From: Candidatus Nomurabacteria bacterium GW2011_GWB1_43_19
Lineage (GTDB): Bacteria > Patescibacteriota > Minisyncoccia > Phycocordibacterales > UBA9973
DNA: 64,000 bases
Direction: 5' to 3'
Assembly (NCBI GenBank): GCA_000999465.1
Contig: LCGB01000003.1
Span: 4,252 to 68,251 of the forward strand
Every line of letters begins with the position of its first letter. Position 1 is the first letter of the stretch. The notes beneath the pieces were generated by a model, which did no database searches, was not told where the DNA came from, and saw only the letters and a program-made list of their open reading frames with translations. The position numbers were made by a program, and so were the translations under genes. Below are positions 27,493 to 37,603 of this stretch, one piece after another.

Positions 27493-28886
27493 GCGAAATT
27501 AAAGAAAAATGCGGAATAGTCGGTATATACGGCACCGGATTACCTATTGCCCGTTTAGCTTTTTTCGCTCTATTTGCGCTCCAACATAGAGGACAGGAAG
27601 CATCCGGCATCACTACCAACGACGGGAAAAAATTCCGTACTCACAAGGGCGCCGGGCTAGTATCCCAGGTTTACAAGGAAAAAGACATAAAAAAACTAAC
27701 GGGGCACATAGTCATAGGACACAACAGGTATTCAACATCAGGTGGTGGAGCCCTTAATCATGCCCAGCCGGTTGTGAATAACAATGCGTCTTTCGCTTTG
27801 GCACACAACGGAAATTTGCCAAGCGTAAAGGCTTTGAAAAAATTCCTTGCTTTAAACAAAGCGCTGCGCAAAAACCACTCGGACTCGGAACTAATAACCG
27901 ACGCCATTGATTTTTATATTAAAAAAGGCAACTCAATGGAGGCGGCGGTTATAAAAGTTTTTCCGCTCATGACCGGCGCCTTTTCCCTGGTAATGATGGA
28001 CAAGCATAATTTAATCGCTCTGCGTGATGCTTGTGGAATGCGTCCGCTGGCGCTCGGAAAAATCAAAAATGGCTATGTTGTCGCTTCGGAAACCTGCGCC
28101 CTTCAAACCATCGGCGCATCTTTCAAAAGGGAAGTGAGGCCCGGGGAAATGATTGTAATAAACAAAAAGGGACTAAAAAGCGTAAAACTGGCCAAGGCCA
28201 ACCCGAAACACGACATATTTGAATACGTTTATTTTTCCCGACCGGACAGTGTGCTTGCGGGTAAGCTAATTTATAATGTTAGGAAGAATTTCGGCAAGGC
28301 CCTGGCTCGCGAATGTAAATTAAAAATTGATGCGATAGTGCCGGTGCCCGATACGGCGACACCCGTCGCTTTAGGATACAGCCAGGTCTCCGGTATTCCA
28401 ATTGAAATGGCTTTAGTCAAAAATCGCTACGTGCATAGAACTTTCATAGAACCGGACCAAAAATCTCGCCGACGTAGCGTGGCTCTTAAACTCATACCTC
28501 TCCCGCAGGTCTTAAAAGGCAAAAAAATAGCGCTCATTGATGACTCTATAGTTAGAGGACATACATGTAAAAGATTGGTAAAAAGACTTTTTAAGGCAGG
28601 GGCTAAAGAAGTGCATCTATTAATCTCTTCTCCGCCCATACGTTTTCCGGACTTTTATGGCATGGATACTCCAAACCAAAATGAATTGATTGCATCTTTT
28701 AAAACCGTAGAAGAAATCCGTAAATTTATGGAAGCTACATCGTTACACTATCTTTCGCTTGAGGGGCTGATAAAATCCGTCGGCCTGCCGAAGACGCATC
28801 TTTCCACTTCATGCTTTACGGGTGTTTTTCCTATTGATTTAAAAGAAAGAAAAAATGAAGTAGATTATAATGTTTCAAGAAAATAA
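27489..28886 (+). CDS. purF: Amidophosphoribosyltransferase
   Basis: N-terminal nucleophile CGIVGIYG and a PRTase motif VPVPDTATP. Confidence 0.9.
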   Translation: MSEIKEKCGIVGIYGTGLPIARLAFFALFALQHRGQEASGITTNDGKKFRTHKGAGLVSQVYKEKDIKKLTGHIVIGHNRYSTSGGGALNHAQPVVNNNASFALAHNGNLPSVKALKKFLALNKALRKNHSDSELITDAIDFYIKKGNSMEAAVIKVFPLMTGAFSLVMMDKHNLIALRDACGMRPLALGKIKNGYVVASETCALQTIGASFKREVRPGEMIVINKKGLKSVKLAKANPKHDIFEYVYFSRPDSVLAGKLIYNVRKNFGKALARECKLKIDAIVPVPDTATPVALGYSQVSGIPIEMALVKNRYVHRTFIEPDQKSRRRSVALKLIPLPQVLKGKKIALIDDSIVRGHTCKRLVKRLFKAGAKEVHLLISSPPIRFPDFYGMDTPNQNELIASFKTVEEIRKFMEATSLHYLSLEGLIKSVGLPKTHLSTSCFTGVFPIDLKERKNEVDYNVSRK

Positions 28887-29487
28887 ATTAAAATTAACGG
28901 TCCTTATTTCCAATACCGGCATCGGCACCAACCTAAGGGCGATAATTGACGGAGTTGCTAAAGGCAAGATAAAAGCAGAGATTGTGGCGGTGATTTCCGA
29001 TACGACCGAAGCGCTTGGGCTGGAACACGCCAGAAAACATAATTTGGAAATTGAAATATGCGAAAAAAAAGAGAATTTGTTGCCGCTTTTACAAAAATTA
29101 AATCCGGATTATGTGTGTTTAGCCGGCTGGAAGCAAATTATTCTGGATGAAGTTATCTTGACATATCCCAATAAAATTTTAAACCTGCATCCGGGACTGG
29201 TTCCGAACACCACAGACGGAAGCGTTGAAAATCCTGATGAAACAGAAGGACTTTGGAATAAGGGCATGTTGACCGATAAAGCGATTCAAAACTTTTTAAA
29301 TAAAAAAAACACTTTTGCTGGCTCTTCTATCCATTTTCTCACTTTAAATTTTGATTTTGGGCCGGTTTTAGGAAGAACTTTTGAAAAAATTAAAGTCAGT
29401 GATACAATTGCATCGTTGTATGGAAGGTTGAAGAAAAAAGAAAATCAATTATATGTGGAAGTTTTAGAAAAACTGACTAATACTTAA
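28870..29487 (+). CDS. purN: Phosphoribosylglycinamide formyltransferase
   Basis: VLISNTGIGTNLRAII and NLHPGL motifs. It has a longer C-terminal half than E. coli PurN. Confidence 0.85.
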   Translation: MFQENKLKLTVLISNTGIGTNLRAIIDGVAKGKIKAEIVAVISDTTEALGLEHARKHNLEIEICEKKENLLPLLQKLNPDYVCLAGWKQIILDEVILTYPNKILNLHPGLVPNTTDGSVENPDETEGLWNKGMLTDKAIQNFLNKKNTFAGSSIHFLTLNFDFGPVLGRTFEKIKVSDTIASLYGRLKKKENQLYVEVLEKLTNT

Positions 29488-29518
29488 AACTCTGCAATCG
29501 CCGAAATTTAAGTAAAAT
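29483..29518 (+). promoter_or_regulatory. Conserved promoter/operator-like motif (copy 3), 5 nt upstream of purD ATG
   Basis: ACTTAAAACTCTGCAATCGCCGAAATTTAAGTAAAAT. Confidence 0.5.
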
Positions 29519-29522
29519 ATTT

Positions 29523-30809
29523 ATGCAGAAACAAAGAATTTTAATTATCGGAAGTGGAGGCAGAGAACACGCGATAGGATGGAAAATAAAGCAGTCTATT
29601 CGCGCTGAGCAGATATTTTTCGCGCCCGGAAATGGGGGTACAGGTAGAATCGGCATAAATATACCAATTAAAGCAACAGACATCCCCGCGCTACTTGATT
29701 TCGCAAAAAAAGAAAATATCACCTTGACACTAGCTCTGCCGGATGACCCGCTTGCGCTTGGAATAGTGAACGAATTTCAAAAAAAAGGCCTGCGCATTTG
29801 GGGCCCCACTAAGGAGGCGGCGCAGATTGAATGGTCAAAAACATTCTCCAAAGATTTCATGCGCAGGCACAATCTGCCTACCGCCAAATTTATGACCTTT
29901 TCTGACTACAAAATGGCTAAAAAATATATTACCGACCAAATATTTCCGATTGTCATTAAAGCGGACGGTCTGGCGCTCGGAAAAGGAGTAATCATCTGCG
30001 AAACGCGCGAGCAGGCATATGAAGCCCTGGAAAATATATTCATAAAGAAAATATTCGGGGAAGCGGGCAATGAAATAGTGGTGGAAAAATTTTTGGCCGG
30101 CCCGGAAATATCAATTCATGCTTTTTCTGACGGAAAAAATTATAAAATATTCCCGCCGTCGCAGGATCATAAAAAAATAGGCGAAGAAGACATCGGTCCC
30201 AATACCGGAGGAATGGGCACTATTGCGCCTCTTCCTTTTGTTTCCAATAATCTTTTCAAGGAAATCGAAAAAAACATTGTGGCACCGACTTTATCCGCGA
30301 TGAATTCTGATGGATATCCCTTTGTCGGTGTTATTTATCCCGGACTGGTCTTGCACAAAGACGGTCTGAAAATTTTGGAATACAACGCGCGCTTCGGCGA
30401 CCCGGAGACGCAAACCTACATGCGGCTTCTTGATACCGATATACTGGATATTTTTGACGCCTGCCTGGACGGAAAATTGAATGAAATAGAAATCATATGG
30501 AGAAACGCTTATGCCTGCACAATAATTCTCGCTTCGGGAGGCTACCCGGGAAATTACGAAAAAGGAAAAGTAGTTTCCGGCATCGACGACGCAGAAAGGG
30601 AGCTCGACATAATTGTATTTCATGCCGGCACGGCCGCGAAAGATGACAAATTTGTTACAAATGGAGGAAGAGTGCTCGGAGTTTCCGCCATCGGCATTAC
30701 TTTGGAAGAAACTCTCGCTAAAGCATATAAAGCCATAGAAAAAATTTCGTTTGAAGGTATGCAATACCGCAAAGACATCGGGAAATCCGCCCTTTTACTT
30801 TCAAAATAA
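29523..30809 (+). CDS. purD: Phosphoribosylamine--glycine ligase
   Basis: ILIIGSGGREHAIGWK N-terminus and an ATP-grasp domain. Confidence 0.9.
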   Translation: MQKQRILIIGSGGREHAIGWKIKQSIRAEQIFFAPGNGGTGRIGINIPIKATDIPALLDFAKKENITLTLALPDDPLALGIVNEFQKKGLRIWGPTKEAAQIEWSKTFSKDFMRRHNLPTAKFMTFSDYKMAKKYITDQIFPIVIKADGLALGKGVIICETREQAYEALENIFIKKIFGEAGNEIVVEKFLAGPEISIHAFSDGKNYKIFPPSQDHKKIGEEDIGPNTGGMGTIAPLPFVSNNLFKEIEKNIVAPTLSAMNSDGYPFVGVIYPGLVLHKDGLKILEYNARFGDPETQTYMRLLDTDILDIFDACLDGKLNEIEIIWRNAYACTIILASGGYPGNYEKGKVVSGIDDAERELDIIVFHAGTAAKDDKFVTNGGRVLGVSAIGITLEETLAKAYKAIEKISFEGMQYRKDIGKSALLLSK

Positions 30810-30897
30810 AGAGTACTTTGATGCGATGTCATTCAGATGTTGTCTGTAAGAATACTTACAGACACATCTTCGCTAATCGCAAAAAAAATGCTAAAAT

Positions 30898-31422
30898 ATG
30901 CCTATGAAAAATAACCCAAAAGTGGGCATAATTATGGGCTCGGACTCGGATTTGGAGGTAATGGCGGAAGCGGCAAAAATCCTTGAAGAATTCGGCGTAG
31001 GATACGAAATTACGGTGGGCTCCGCTCACCGTAGCCCCGAATTGATACACAAATACATAACAACTATACAAAAACAGGGAATCAAAATTATTATCGCGGG
31101 TGCTGGAGGCGCGGCGCATCTGGCTGGAGTAGCGGCTTCTTTAGCCACCTTGCCGGTCATAGGCATTCCAATCAAAGCCAAAACCCTGGATGGCTTGGAT
31201 TCGCTCCTTTCTACTGTCAATATGCCTCCGGGCGTGCCGGTGGCAACCGTCGGCATAAACGCCGGAAAAAACGCCGGACTGCTGGCCGTGCAGATGCTGG
31301 CCATATCGGACAAAGGCCTGGAAAATAAGCTGGCTGCTTATAAAAATAAATTAGCCAAGGATACGCAAGCCAAAGGGGAAAAACTCCTGAAAATCGGGTA
31401 TAAAAAATATCTGGGAAAATAA
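30898..31422 (+). CDS. purE: N5-carboxyaminoimidazole ribonucleotide mutase
   Basis: VGIIMGSDSDLEVM and AGGAAHLAGV motifs. Confidence 0.9.
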   Translation: MPMKNNPKVGIIMGSDSDLEVMAEAAKILEEFGVGYEITVGSAHRSPELIHKYITTIQKQGIKIIIAGAGGAAHLAGVAASLATLPVIGIPIKAKTLDGLDSLLSTVNMPPGVPVATVGINAGKNAGLLAVQMLAISDKGLENKLAAYKNKLAKDTQAKGEKLLKIGYKKYLGK

Positions 31423-32442
31423 ATGCAAAAATTATCATACAAAAACTCAGGGGTAAACATTGACGTTGCTAATAATACAAAAAGCGGCATAGCAAAAGTT
31501 TTGGATGGGCAAAACAAGAATGTGCTTAATAGAGTTGGGGCCTTTGCGACATTATATGACGGCACTTTTCCGGGGTATAAAAACCCTATTTTGGTTTTTA
31601 AAACAGAGGAGCCGGGAACCAAACAAAAATTGGCTATAGAAAATAACAGCCTGGAAACGATCGCCTATGATTTAATCGGCCATTTGATAAATGACACGGT
31701 TGTCATGGGAGCCAAACCGCTTTCCGTGCAGGATTGCATTGTTTGCGGAAAAATGGAAAAGAAAGTAATTTTAAAAATAGTTTCTTCTTTAGCGAAGGCC
31801 TGTAAAGAAAACGGCTGTCTGCTGACCGGAGGAGAAACATCCGAACAACCCGGAGTGGTTCCAAAAGGGATTTATATTCTTACAGCAAGCATTACTGGAG
31901 TAGTTGAAAAAGATTCAATCATTGACGGCTCAAAAATAAAAGAAGGGGATACGGTACTTGCTTTGGCTTCAAATGGCTTGCACACTAATGGCATTTCTTT
32001 AGTCAGGAAAATCATGGAACAAAACCCAAAAATCCTCAAAGAAAAAATAGGCGGGAAGTCATTTATTGAAAATGTTTTAACGCCGCATAGATGCTATTAT
32101 AACAGCTTGAAGGGCCTATTCAGAAATAAAGAATTAGTCGGCTTAGCACACATCACGGGTGGCGGCATTAAAGAAAATCTTAATCGGATCTTGCCCAAAA
32201 ATCTAGATGCAGTCATTGATGTAAACAAAATAAGGATTTTAAAGATATTTAAAACTTTGAAAAAATTTGGTAAACTGGAAGACGAGGAGATGTTCCGGGC
32301 ATTCAATATGGGAGTGGGCATAGCCGCCGTAGTTAAGAAAAACTTTGCTGGTAAAGCAAAAAAACATCTAAGGAAATTTGGGATAGATACTTATGAAATT
32401 GGTAAAATTATTAAAGGTAAGGGCAAAGTAATTTTAAAATAA
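31423..32442 (+). CDS. purM: Phosphoribosylformylglycinamidine cyclo-ligase
   Basis: AIRS N- and C-domains (DLIGHLINDTVVMGAKP, HITGGG). Confidence 0.9.
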   Translation: MQKLSYKNSGVNIDVANNTKSGIAKVLDGQNKNVLNRVGAFATLYDGTFPGYKNPILVFKTEEPGTKQKLAIENNSLETIAYDLIGHLINDTVVMGAKPLSVQDCIVCGKMEKKVILKIVSSLAKACKENGCLLTGGETSEQPGVVPKGIYILTASITGVVEKDSIIDGSKIKEGDTVLALASNGLHTNGISLVRKIMEQNPKILKEKIGGKSFIENVLTPHRCYYNSLKGLFRNKELVGLAHITGGGIKENLNRILPKNLDAVIDVNKIRILKIFKTLKKFGKLEDEEMFRAFNMGVGIAAVVKKNFAGKAKKHLRKFGIDTYEIGKIIKGKGKVILK

Positions 32443-32443
32443 A

Positions 32444-33376
32444 ATGAATATTTTAGAAAAAACGGATTTCAAGAACTTGGGGGAGAAATACACGGGGAAG
32501 GTAAGGGACGTTTACACCCAGAAAAACAAAGTTATTTTAATCTCCACCGACCGGTATTCCGCCTTTGACCGCAACCTGGCGCTGATACCCTGTAAAGGCC
32601 AAGTGTTGACACAAGTCAGTAAATTTTGGTTTGAGAACACAAAAGACATAGTCCAAAATCATGTGATAGATTTTCCCGACCCGAACGTAGTAGTGGGTAA
32701 AAAATGTGAAGTTCTGCCGATAGAAGTTGTACCCCGAGCATATATTACCGGAGTAACCGGAACTTCTTTATGGACTTTATACCAGAAGGGTCAGAGAGAT
32801 TTCGGAGATTTTACCCTGCCTGATGGCATGCATAAAAATCAAAAACCGGACAAAGTCGTGCTGACACCCACCACCAAGCGCGAGGAGCACGACCGGCCGC
32901 TCTCGGGCAAAGAGATAGTCGAAGGCGGCTACATGACCAAAGAGCAGTGGGAAAAAGTTGCGGACATTTCACTCAAACTATTCAAGCGCGGACAGGAAAT
33001 CGCTTTGCAAAAAGGCTTGATTCTGGTGGACTGCAAGTACGAATTCGGTTTGGATGAAAACGGGGAACTAACTCTGGTTGACGAAATTCATACTCCCGAT
33101 TCTTCGCGCTACTGGCAGGCAAATTCATACGAGGAACGGATTAATCAGGGACTGGAACCGGAAAACTTTGACAAGGAATTTCTGCGCCTATGGTTCAAAG
33201 AGCACTGCGACCCCTATAAGGACAAAGTGTTGCCGCCGGCCCCGCCGGAAATGATTGCGGAATTATCAAGGCGCTATGTGCAAATCTGCGAGCAAATTAC
33301 CGGGATTCCTTTCACCGTTGAAACGGGAGATATCGGAAAAAGGATAGAAAATAATCTTAAAAAATATCAAATATAA
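32444..33376 (+). CDS. purC: Phosphoribosylaminoimidazole-succinocarboxamide synthase (long form)
   Basis: GKVRDVY, STDRYSAFD and DCKYEFG motifs. 310 aa. Confidence 0.85.
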   Translation: MNILEKTDFKNLGEKYTGKVRDVYTQKNKVILISTDRYSAFDRNLALIPCKGQVLTQVSKFWFENTKDIVQNHVIDFPDPNVVVGKKCEVLPIEVVPRAYITGVTGTSLWTLYQKGQRDFGDFTLPDGMHKNQKPDKVVLTPTTKREEHDRPLSGKEIVEGGYMTKEQWEKVADISLKLFKRGQEIALQKGLILVDCKYEFGLDENGELTLVDEIHTPDSSRYWQANSYEERINQGLEPENFDKEFLRLWFKEHCDPYKDKVLPPAPPEMIAELSRRYVQICEQITGIPFTVETGDIGKRIENNLKKYQI

Positions 33377-33377
33377 T

Positions 33378-34766
33378 ATGCCTTTGAACTCAATTTCCCC
33401 AATAGACGGAAGATATGAAAAGTATACCAAGGATTTGGCTCCGTATTTCAGTGAAGCCGCCTCCATGAAGTATAAAGTCCTGATGGAATGCGAGTATCTG
33501 ATAGCGTTGTCGGAAACGGCCGGTATCGGAATGCGGAAGTTGAATACCCGAGAAAAAGCTTCAATAAGAAATTTGTATGCAAAATTTTCGCTTGAAGACG
33601 CGGAGACGATTAGTAATATTGAATTGAAGGGGTATAAAGGCATAAAAGCCACCAATCACGATTTCAAGGCGATTGAATATTTCATCAAGGATAAAATGGC
33701 GAAAACCGGCCTGAAGGATGTGCTGGAATTCGCGCATTTCGGCCTGACCAGCGAAGATGCCAGCAATATTGCCTACGCGTTGATGTTGTCGGATGCTTTG
33801 GAATATGTACTTATCCCTGAAATCAAAAAAATAGTGGAAGAATTGGACACTCTTGCGAAAAAATATAAAAATTTGCCGATGCTGGCCAGGACCCATGGAC
33901 AACCTGCTTCTCCGACCACTTTCGGCAAGGAAATGAAGGTTTTTGTTGCCAGAATTGAAAAAAGAATTGAGGGTCTTGAGAGTATAAAAATAGAAGTAAA
34001 GTTAAATGGAGCCACCGGTAACTATAATGCTCTTTATGTTGCATATCCCAAAATTGACTGGACGAAGTTTAGCCAAAAATTTATTGAAGGTTTTAATAAA
34101 AATCGTTCTCAAAAATTAAAAACAAACTTGATTACTACTCAGATAGAATGTCATGACAGTTATGTGGCTATCTTTGATACTTTAAGACAAATCAATACGA
34201 TTCTCTTGGGTTTCAATCAAGACATGTGGAGGTATGTTTCTGATGGCTGGGTTAGCCAAAGGCCGGTGGAAGGGGAGGTGGGTTCATCCACCATGCCGCA
34301 TAAAATTAATCCTTGGTTTCTGGAAAACAGCGAAGGCAATTTGGGAATGGCCAACGCCATGTTTGAATTTTTCGCGCGAAAGCTTCCCGTTTCCCGCCTG
34401 CAGAGGGACTTATCGGATTCCACCGTTTTACGCAATATTGGAACGGCCTTTGGTCACAGCTTGATTGGCTTCAAATACTTAAATAATCAGCTTGGCAGAG
34501 TTATTGTAAATAAGGAAAAAACGCTGGAGGACCTTAAAAACCATCCGGAAGTAATTACCGAGGCCATCCAGACAATCCTGCGGCGGGAAGGGGTAGCTAT
34601 GCCCTATGAAAAGTTAAAAGAACTGACTCGCGGTAAAAAAGTCACTCTTCAGGATATCCGTAAATTTATCAATGACCTGAAAGTCAGCGAAAAAGTAAAA
34701 AAGGAGCTCTTAAAGATTACTCCGGAAAATTATACCGGCCTGGCTTCCAAACTTGCTTCCAAATAA
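33378..34766 (+). CDS. purB: Adenylosuccinate lyase
   Basis: Fumarate lyase signature GSSTMPHKINP. 462 aa. Confidence 0.9.
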   Translation: MPLNSISPIDGRYEKYTKDLAPYFSEAASMKYKVLMECEYLIALSETAGIGMRKLNTREKASIRNLYAKFSLEDAETISNIELKGYKGIKATNHDFKAIEYFIKDKMAKTGLKDVLEFAHFGLTSEDASNIAYALMLSDALEYVLIPEIKKIVEELDTLAKKYKNLPMLARTHGQPASPTTFGKEMKVFVARIEKRIEGLESIKIEVKLNGATGNYNALYVAYPKIDWTKFSQKFIEGFNKNRSQKLKTNLITTQIECHDSYVAIFDTLRQINTILLGFNQDMWRYVSDGWVSQRPVEGEVGSSTMPHKINPWFLENSEGNLGMANAMFEFFARKLPVSRLQRDLSDSTVLRNIGTAFGHSLIGFKYLNNQLGRVIVNKEKTLEDLKNHPEVITEAIQTILRREGVAMPYEKLKELTRGKKVTLQDIRKFINDLKVSEKVKKELLKITPENYTGLASKLASK

Positions 34767-34768
34767 AA

Positions 34769-34807
34769 ACTTATAACTCCGCTATCGCAGAAATATAAGT
34801 AAGTAAT
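34769..34807 (+). promoter_or_regulatory. Conserved promoter/operator-like motif (copy 4), upstream of Cys-rich gene A
   Basis: ACTTATAACTCCGCTATCGCAGAAATATAAGTAAGTAAT. Ends 3 nt before the ATG. Confidence 0.5.
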
Positions 34808-34810
34808 AAA

Positions 34811-36583
34811 ATGAAAGGGGAAAGCGAAAATAGAATACATTCAGTAGACTCAGTATCTACGACGTGCCAGAACTGCAAGGGTTCATTCACGATTGAGCCG
34901 GACGATTTCGGATTCTATGAAAAGATCAAGGTTCCGCCGCCAACTTTTTGTTTTGATTGCCGGCTACAAAGAAAACTAACTTTCGTCAACGAACGGGCGC
35001 TTTTTAAAAGAAAATGCGATAATTGCGGCAAAGACACCATAACAATGTATTCACCCAGAAACCCTTTTAGAGTTTTCTGCACTAGTTGTTACAATGATAG
35101 GAGAAACTGCCTGGAATACGGGATAGATTTAGATTTCTCAAAACATTTTCTCGCGCAATTTTATGAGCTTTTTAAAAAGGTCCCGCGGCTTCATTTGATG
35201 CACAAAAACAACAACGGCGAAGGGTGCGAGTATGCTAACCATATTTACCGCAGTCGTAGAGTTTATCTATCTTATACGATAGTAAAATCCGAAGACATTT
35301 ATTACTCCAAACAAGGCCTAGAGGGAAATAAAATTTGCTTAGATAGCTTTAATATGAAACATAGCGAGAGGGGTTATGAATTGGTCTATGTTTCAAGGGC
35401 CTATAATTCAAGATTTCTAATCCATTCTAGCCGTTGCATTGATAGTCAGTATCTTTTGCATTGCGGTGATTGTAATAATTGCTTCATGTCTCATAATCTC
35501 CGACATAAAAGCTATGTTTTTAGAAATCAACAATTGACTAGAGAAGAGTATTTCAAGGAGATGAAAAAAATTAAACTTGATTCCTATACCGAACAAGAAA
35601 AGTTAAAAAAAGAATTTTCTGAATTACCTAGAATGACAGGCCCAGCCCAAGTCAAGGCGGTTGTAAATGTAACCGGCGACTTTATTGGTCATTCAAAAAA
35701 CGCTAAATACTGTTTTAGCAATGTTGATACAGAAAATTCTAAATATATTGTTTTTGGTGTAAATACTATTCGAGATTGTTATGATCTAATGTTTGCTGGC
35801 CGGAGTGAACTTTGTTACGAATGTGCTGGTAGCGGCGCTCAAAATAATAATGTTTCTTTCTCTCTTGATATAGGAGCAAATCATGAGATTAATTATTGTA
35901 TTTCTACTAACAATTGCGGATACTGTTTTGGTTGTGTCGGTATAACCAATCAAAATTATTGCATTCTCAATAAACAGTACACCAAAGAAGAATACGAAAA
36001 GCTGGTGCCGAAAATTATTAAGCACATGAATCAAATGCCCTATGTGAGCAAAATAGGGAGGGTGTATAAATACGGCGAATTTTTTCCAGAAGAATTCTCA
36101 CCTTTCGCTTATAATGAAAGTTTGGCCTACGAAGAATTTTCAATGACGAAAGAAGAAGTTTTAAAAGAGGGCTACGAGTGGCGGGACTTGGAGGAGAAGC
36201 AGTATAAAACCACTATTGATAATAGAGATTTACCTGATAGTGTTAATGATGTCAAGGACAGTATTCTTGAAGAAGTAATTGCTTGTCCCAATCAGGGTCA
36301 GACCGAGACCAAGTGCACCTACGGCTTTAGAATTGTGCCAGATGAACTTAGATTTTATCGTTTAATGAAGATACCACTGCCTAGACTTTGTCCAAACTGC
36401 CGCTATTATGAACGTCGTAAGTGGCTTAACCCGTGGAAACTCTGGCATCGGCAATGTATGTGCAGTAAAAAGAATCACTTTCACGGAGTGGAAAAGTGTG
36501 AGGTGGAATTTGAGACGTCATACGCCCCGGAGAGGCCGGAAATTGTTTACTGCGAAAAATGCTACCAGGCGGAGATGTATTAA
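34811..36583 (+). CDS. Cysteine-rich multi-zinc-ribbon protein, long paralog (family member A)
   Basis: N-terminal CQNCKGSFTIEPDDFGFYEKIKVPPPTFCFDCRLQR, a second ribbon KRKCDNCGK...FCTSCY, a Cys-rich core (CIDSQYLLHCGDCNNC..., CYECAGSG...CGYCFGCVGITNQNYCILNKQYTKEEY), SPFAYNES, a C-terminal ribbon CPNCRYYERRKWLNPWKLWHRQCMC and terminal ETSYAPERPEIVYCEKCYQAEMY. No signal peptide or TM. Confidence 0.7.
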   Translation: MKGESENRIHSVDSVSTTCQNCKGSFTIEPDDFGFYEKIKVPPPTFCFDCRLQRKLTFVNERALFKRKCDNCGKDTITMYSPRNPFRVFCTSCYNDRRNCLEYGIDLDFSKHFLAQFYELFKKVPRLHLMHKNNNGEGCEYANHIYRSRRVYLSYTIVKSEDIYYSKQGLEGNKICLDSFNMKHSERGYELVYVSRAYNSRFLIHSSRCIDSQYLLHCGDCNNCFMSHNLRHKSYVFRNQQLTREEYFKEMKKIKLDSYTEQEKLKKEFSELPRMTGPAQVKAVVNVTGDFIGHSKNAKYCFSNVDTENSKYIVFGVNTIRDCYDLMFAGRSELCYECAGSGAQNNNVSFSLDIGANHEINYCISTNNCGYCFGCVGITNQNYCILNKQYTKEEYEKLVPKIIKHMNQMPYVSKIGRVYKYGEFFPEEFSPFAYNESLAYEEFSMTKEEVLKEGYEWRDLEEKQYKTTIDNRDLPDSVNDVKDSILEEVIACPNQGQTETKCTYGFRIVPDELRFYRLMKIPLPRLCPNCRYYERRKWLNPWKLWHRQCMCSKKNHFHGVEKCEVEFETSYAPERPEIVYCEKCYQAEMY

Positions 36584-36587
36584 CATA

Positions 36588-36626
36588 ACACAATTTCGCG
36601 ATCGCGAAATTGTGTTAAAAAATTAC
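36588..36626 (+). promoter_or_regulatory. Variant of the conserved motif as a perfect 28-nt palindrome downstream of Cys-rich gene A
   Basis: ACACAATTTCGCGATCGCGAAATTGTGTTAAAAAATTA. Compare copy 2: TCTGCGATAGCAGAAATTGTAACAAAAAAATTA. Confidence 0.45.
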
Positions 36627-36663
36627 ATCTACGTTAAAGTGTAGATACAAAAAACTGAAATAA

Positions 36664-36697
36664 CGCTATGGTAGCGGCCGCTACTATTGTATTATTA
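36664..36697. repeat. AT-flanked GCGGCCGC-core palindromic element (copy 2)
   Basis: CGCTATGGTAGCGGCCGCTACTATTGTATTATT. Lies downstream of Cys-rich gene A. Confidence 0.7.
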
Positions 36698-36738
36698 TGT
36701 GTTTTTTTATTTCAACTATAATCTGCTATAATTGTTCT

Positions 36739-37599
36739 ATGAACTTTAAGAAAATCGGAATTGTCTTATTTTTGATACTTTTTTTGTTTCCAATAAATAG
36801 AATATTAGCCCAAACGACGAATGCTGGCTTTGTGCCAGCTAATATCTGGTATTCGCAGGACCCGTTTGAAGAAGGGGATAAGGTAAAAATATATACGGTA
36901 ATTTTCAACCCCGATTCCAGGCAATTATCGGGAAGCGTGATTTTTTTTGATAACAGCGTTTTTTTGGGCAAAAAGGACTTTACGGCCGAAACGAAAAGCG
37001 TCAAGGATGTATATCTGGACTGGACGGCCACCGTCGGAGAGCATAGTATTTTCGGCAAAATTGAAAATGCTAAATTCTTGGTCTCCCTGGGAAAATATGA
37101 GGAAGTTTATCTGGCGGAAAACGAAACGAGCAAAAGTTTGCGTACGGTAAGCAAAAAAATAATCACGGTAGCCGACACGACTGACCCAAGCGCAATTACA
37201 AATCCAATATTGAATATTGTAAATGCTGTCAGTTTCGAGCCGATTAAAAATATTGGGAAAATAATAGGAGATAACACGCCGGAGTTTATAGCCCAACCCA
37301 CAATTTCAACCGCCAATATGGTTGAAGAGTTGCGCATTAATGCAGGCATCGTCCTAGAAACCAAAAGAAAAGAAGTCAAAGAAAACATCCGGGCGCTGGA
37401 TCCAAGCACGGAAGAAGCAGCTCCGGGGTCAAATTCTCCCGAGGCAGAGCCGAGTAAATTCTTAAAACCTTTTAAATATGCGGAGCTTTTTGCCTTGGCC
37501 CTGTTTTCGACCACTTTTAATAATAAACTCATTTTCTATACGGTCCTCATTTTGATTATTTTCTTTTTGTTGCGTTATATAATGAAGCGTGTAAGATAA
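36739..37599 (+). CDS. Hypothetical secreted/membrane-anchored protein (signal peptide + C-terminal TM)
   Basis: Hydrophobic N-terminus MNFKKIGIVLFLILFLFPINRILAQ and C-terminal helix LIFYTVLILIIFFLL. No recognisable domain. The track ORF starts at 36697. Confidence 0.5.
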   Translation: MNFKKIGIVLFLILFLFPINRILAQTTNAGFVPANIWYSQDPFEEGDKVKIYTVIFNPDSRQLSGSVIFFDNSVFLGKKDFTAETKSVKDVYLDWTATVGEHSIFGKIENAKFLVSLGKYEEVYLAENETSKSLRTVSKKIITVADTTDPSAITNPILNIVNAVSFEPIKNIGKIIGDNTPEFIAQPTISTANMVEELRINAGIVLETKRKEVKENIRALDPSTEEAAPGSNSPEAEPSKFLKPFKYAELFALALFSTTFNNKLIFYTVLILIIFFLLRYIMKRVR

Positions 37600-37603
37600 A
37601 GTT

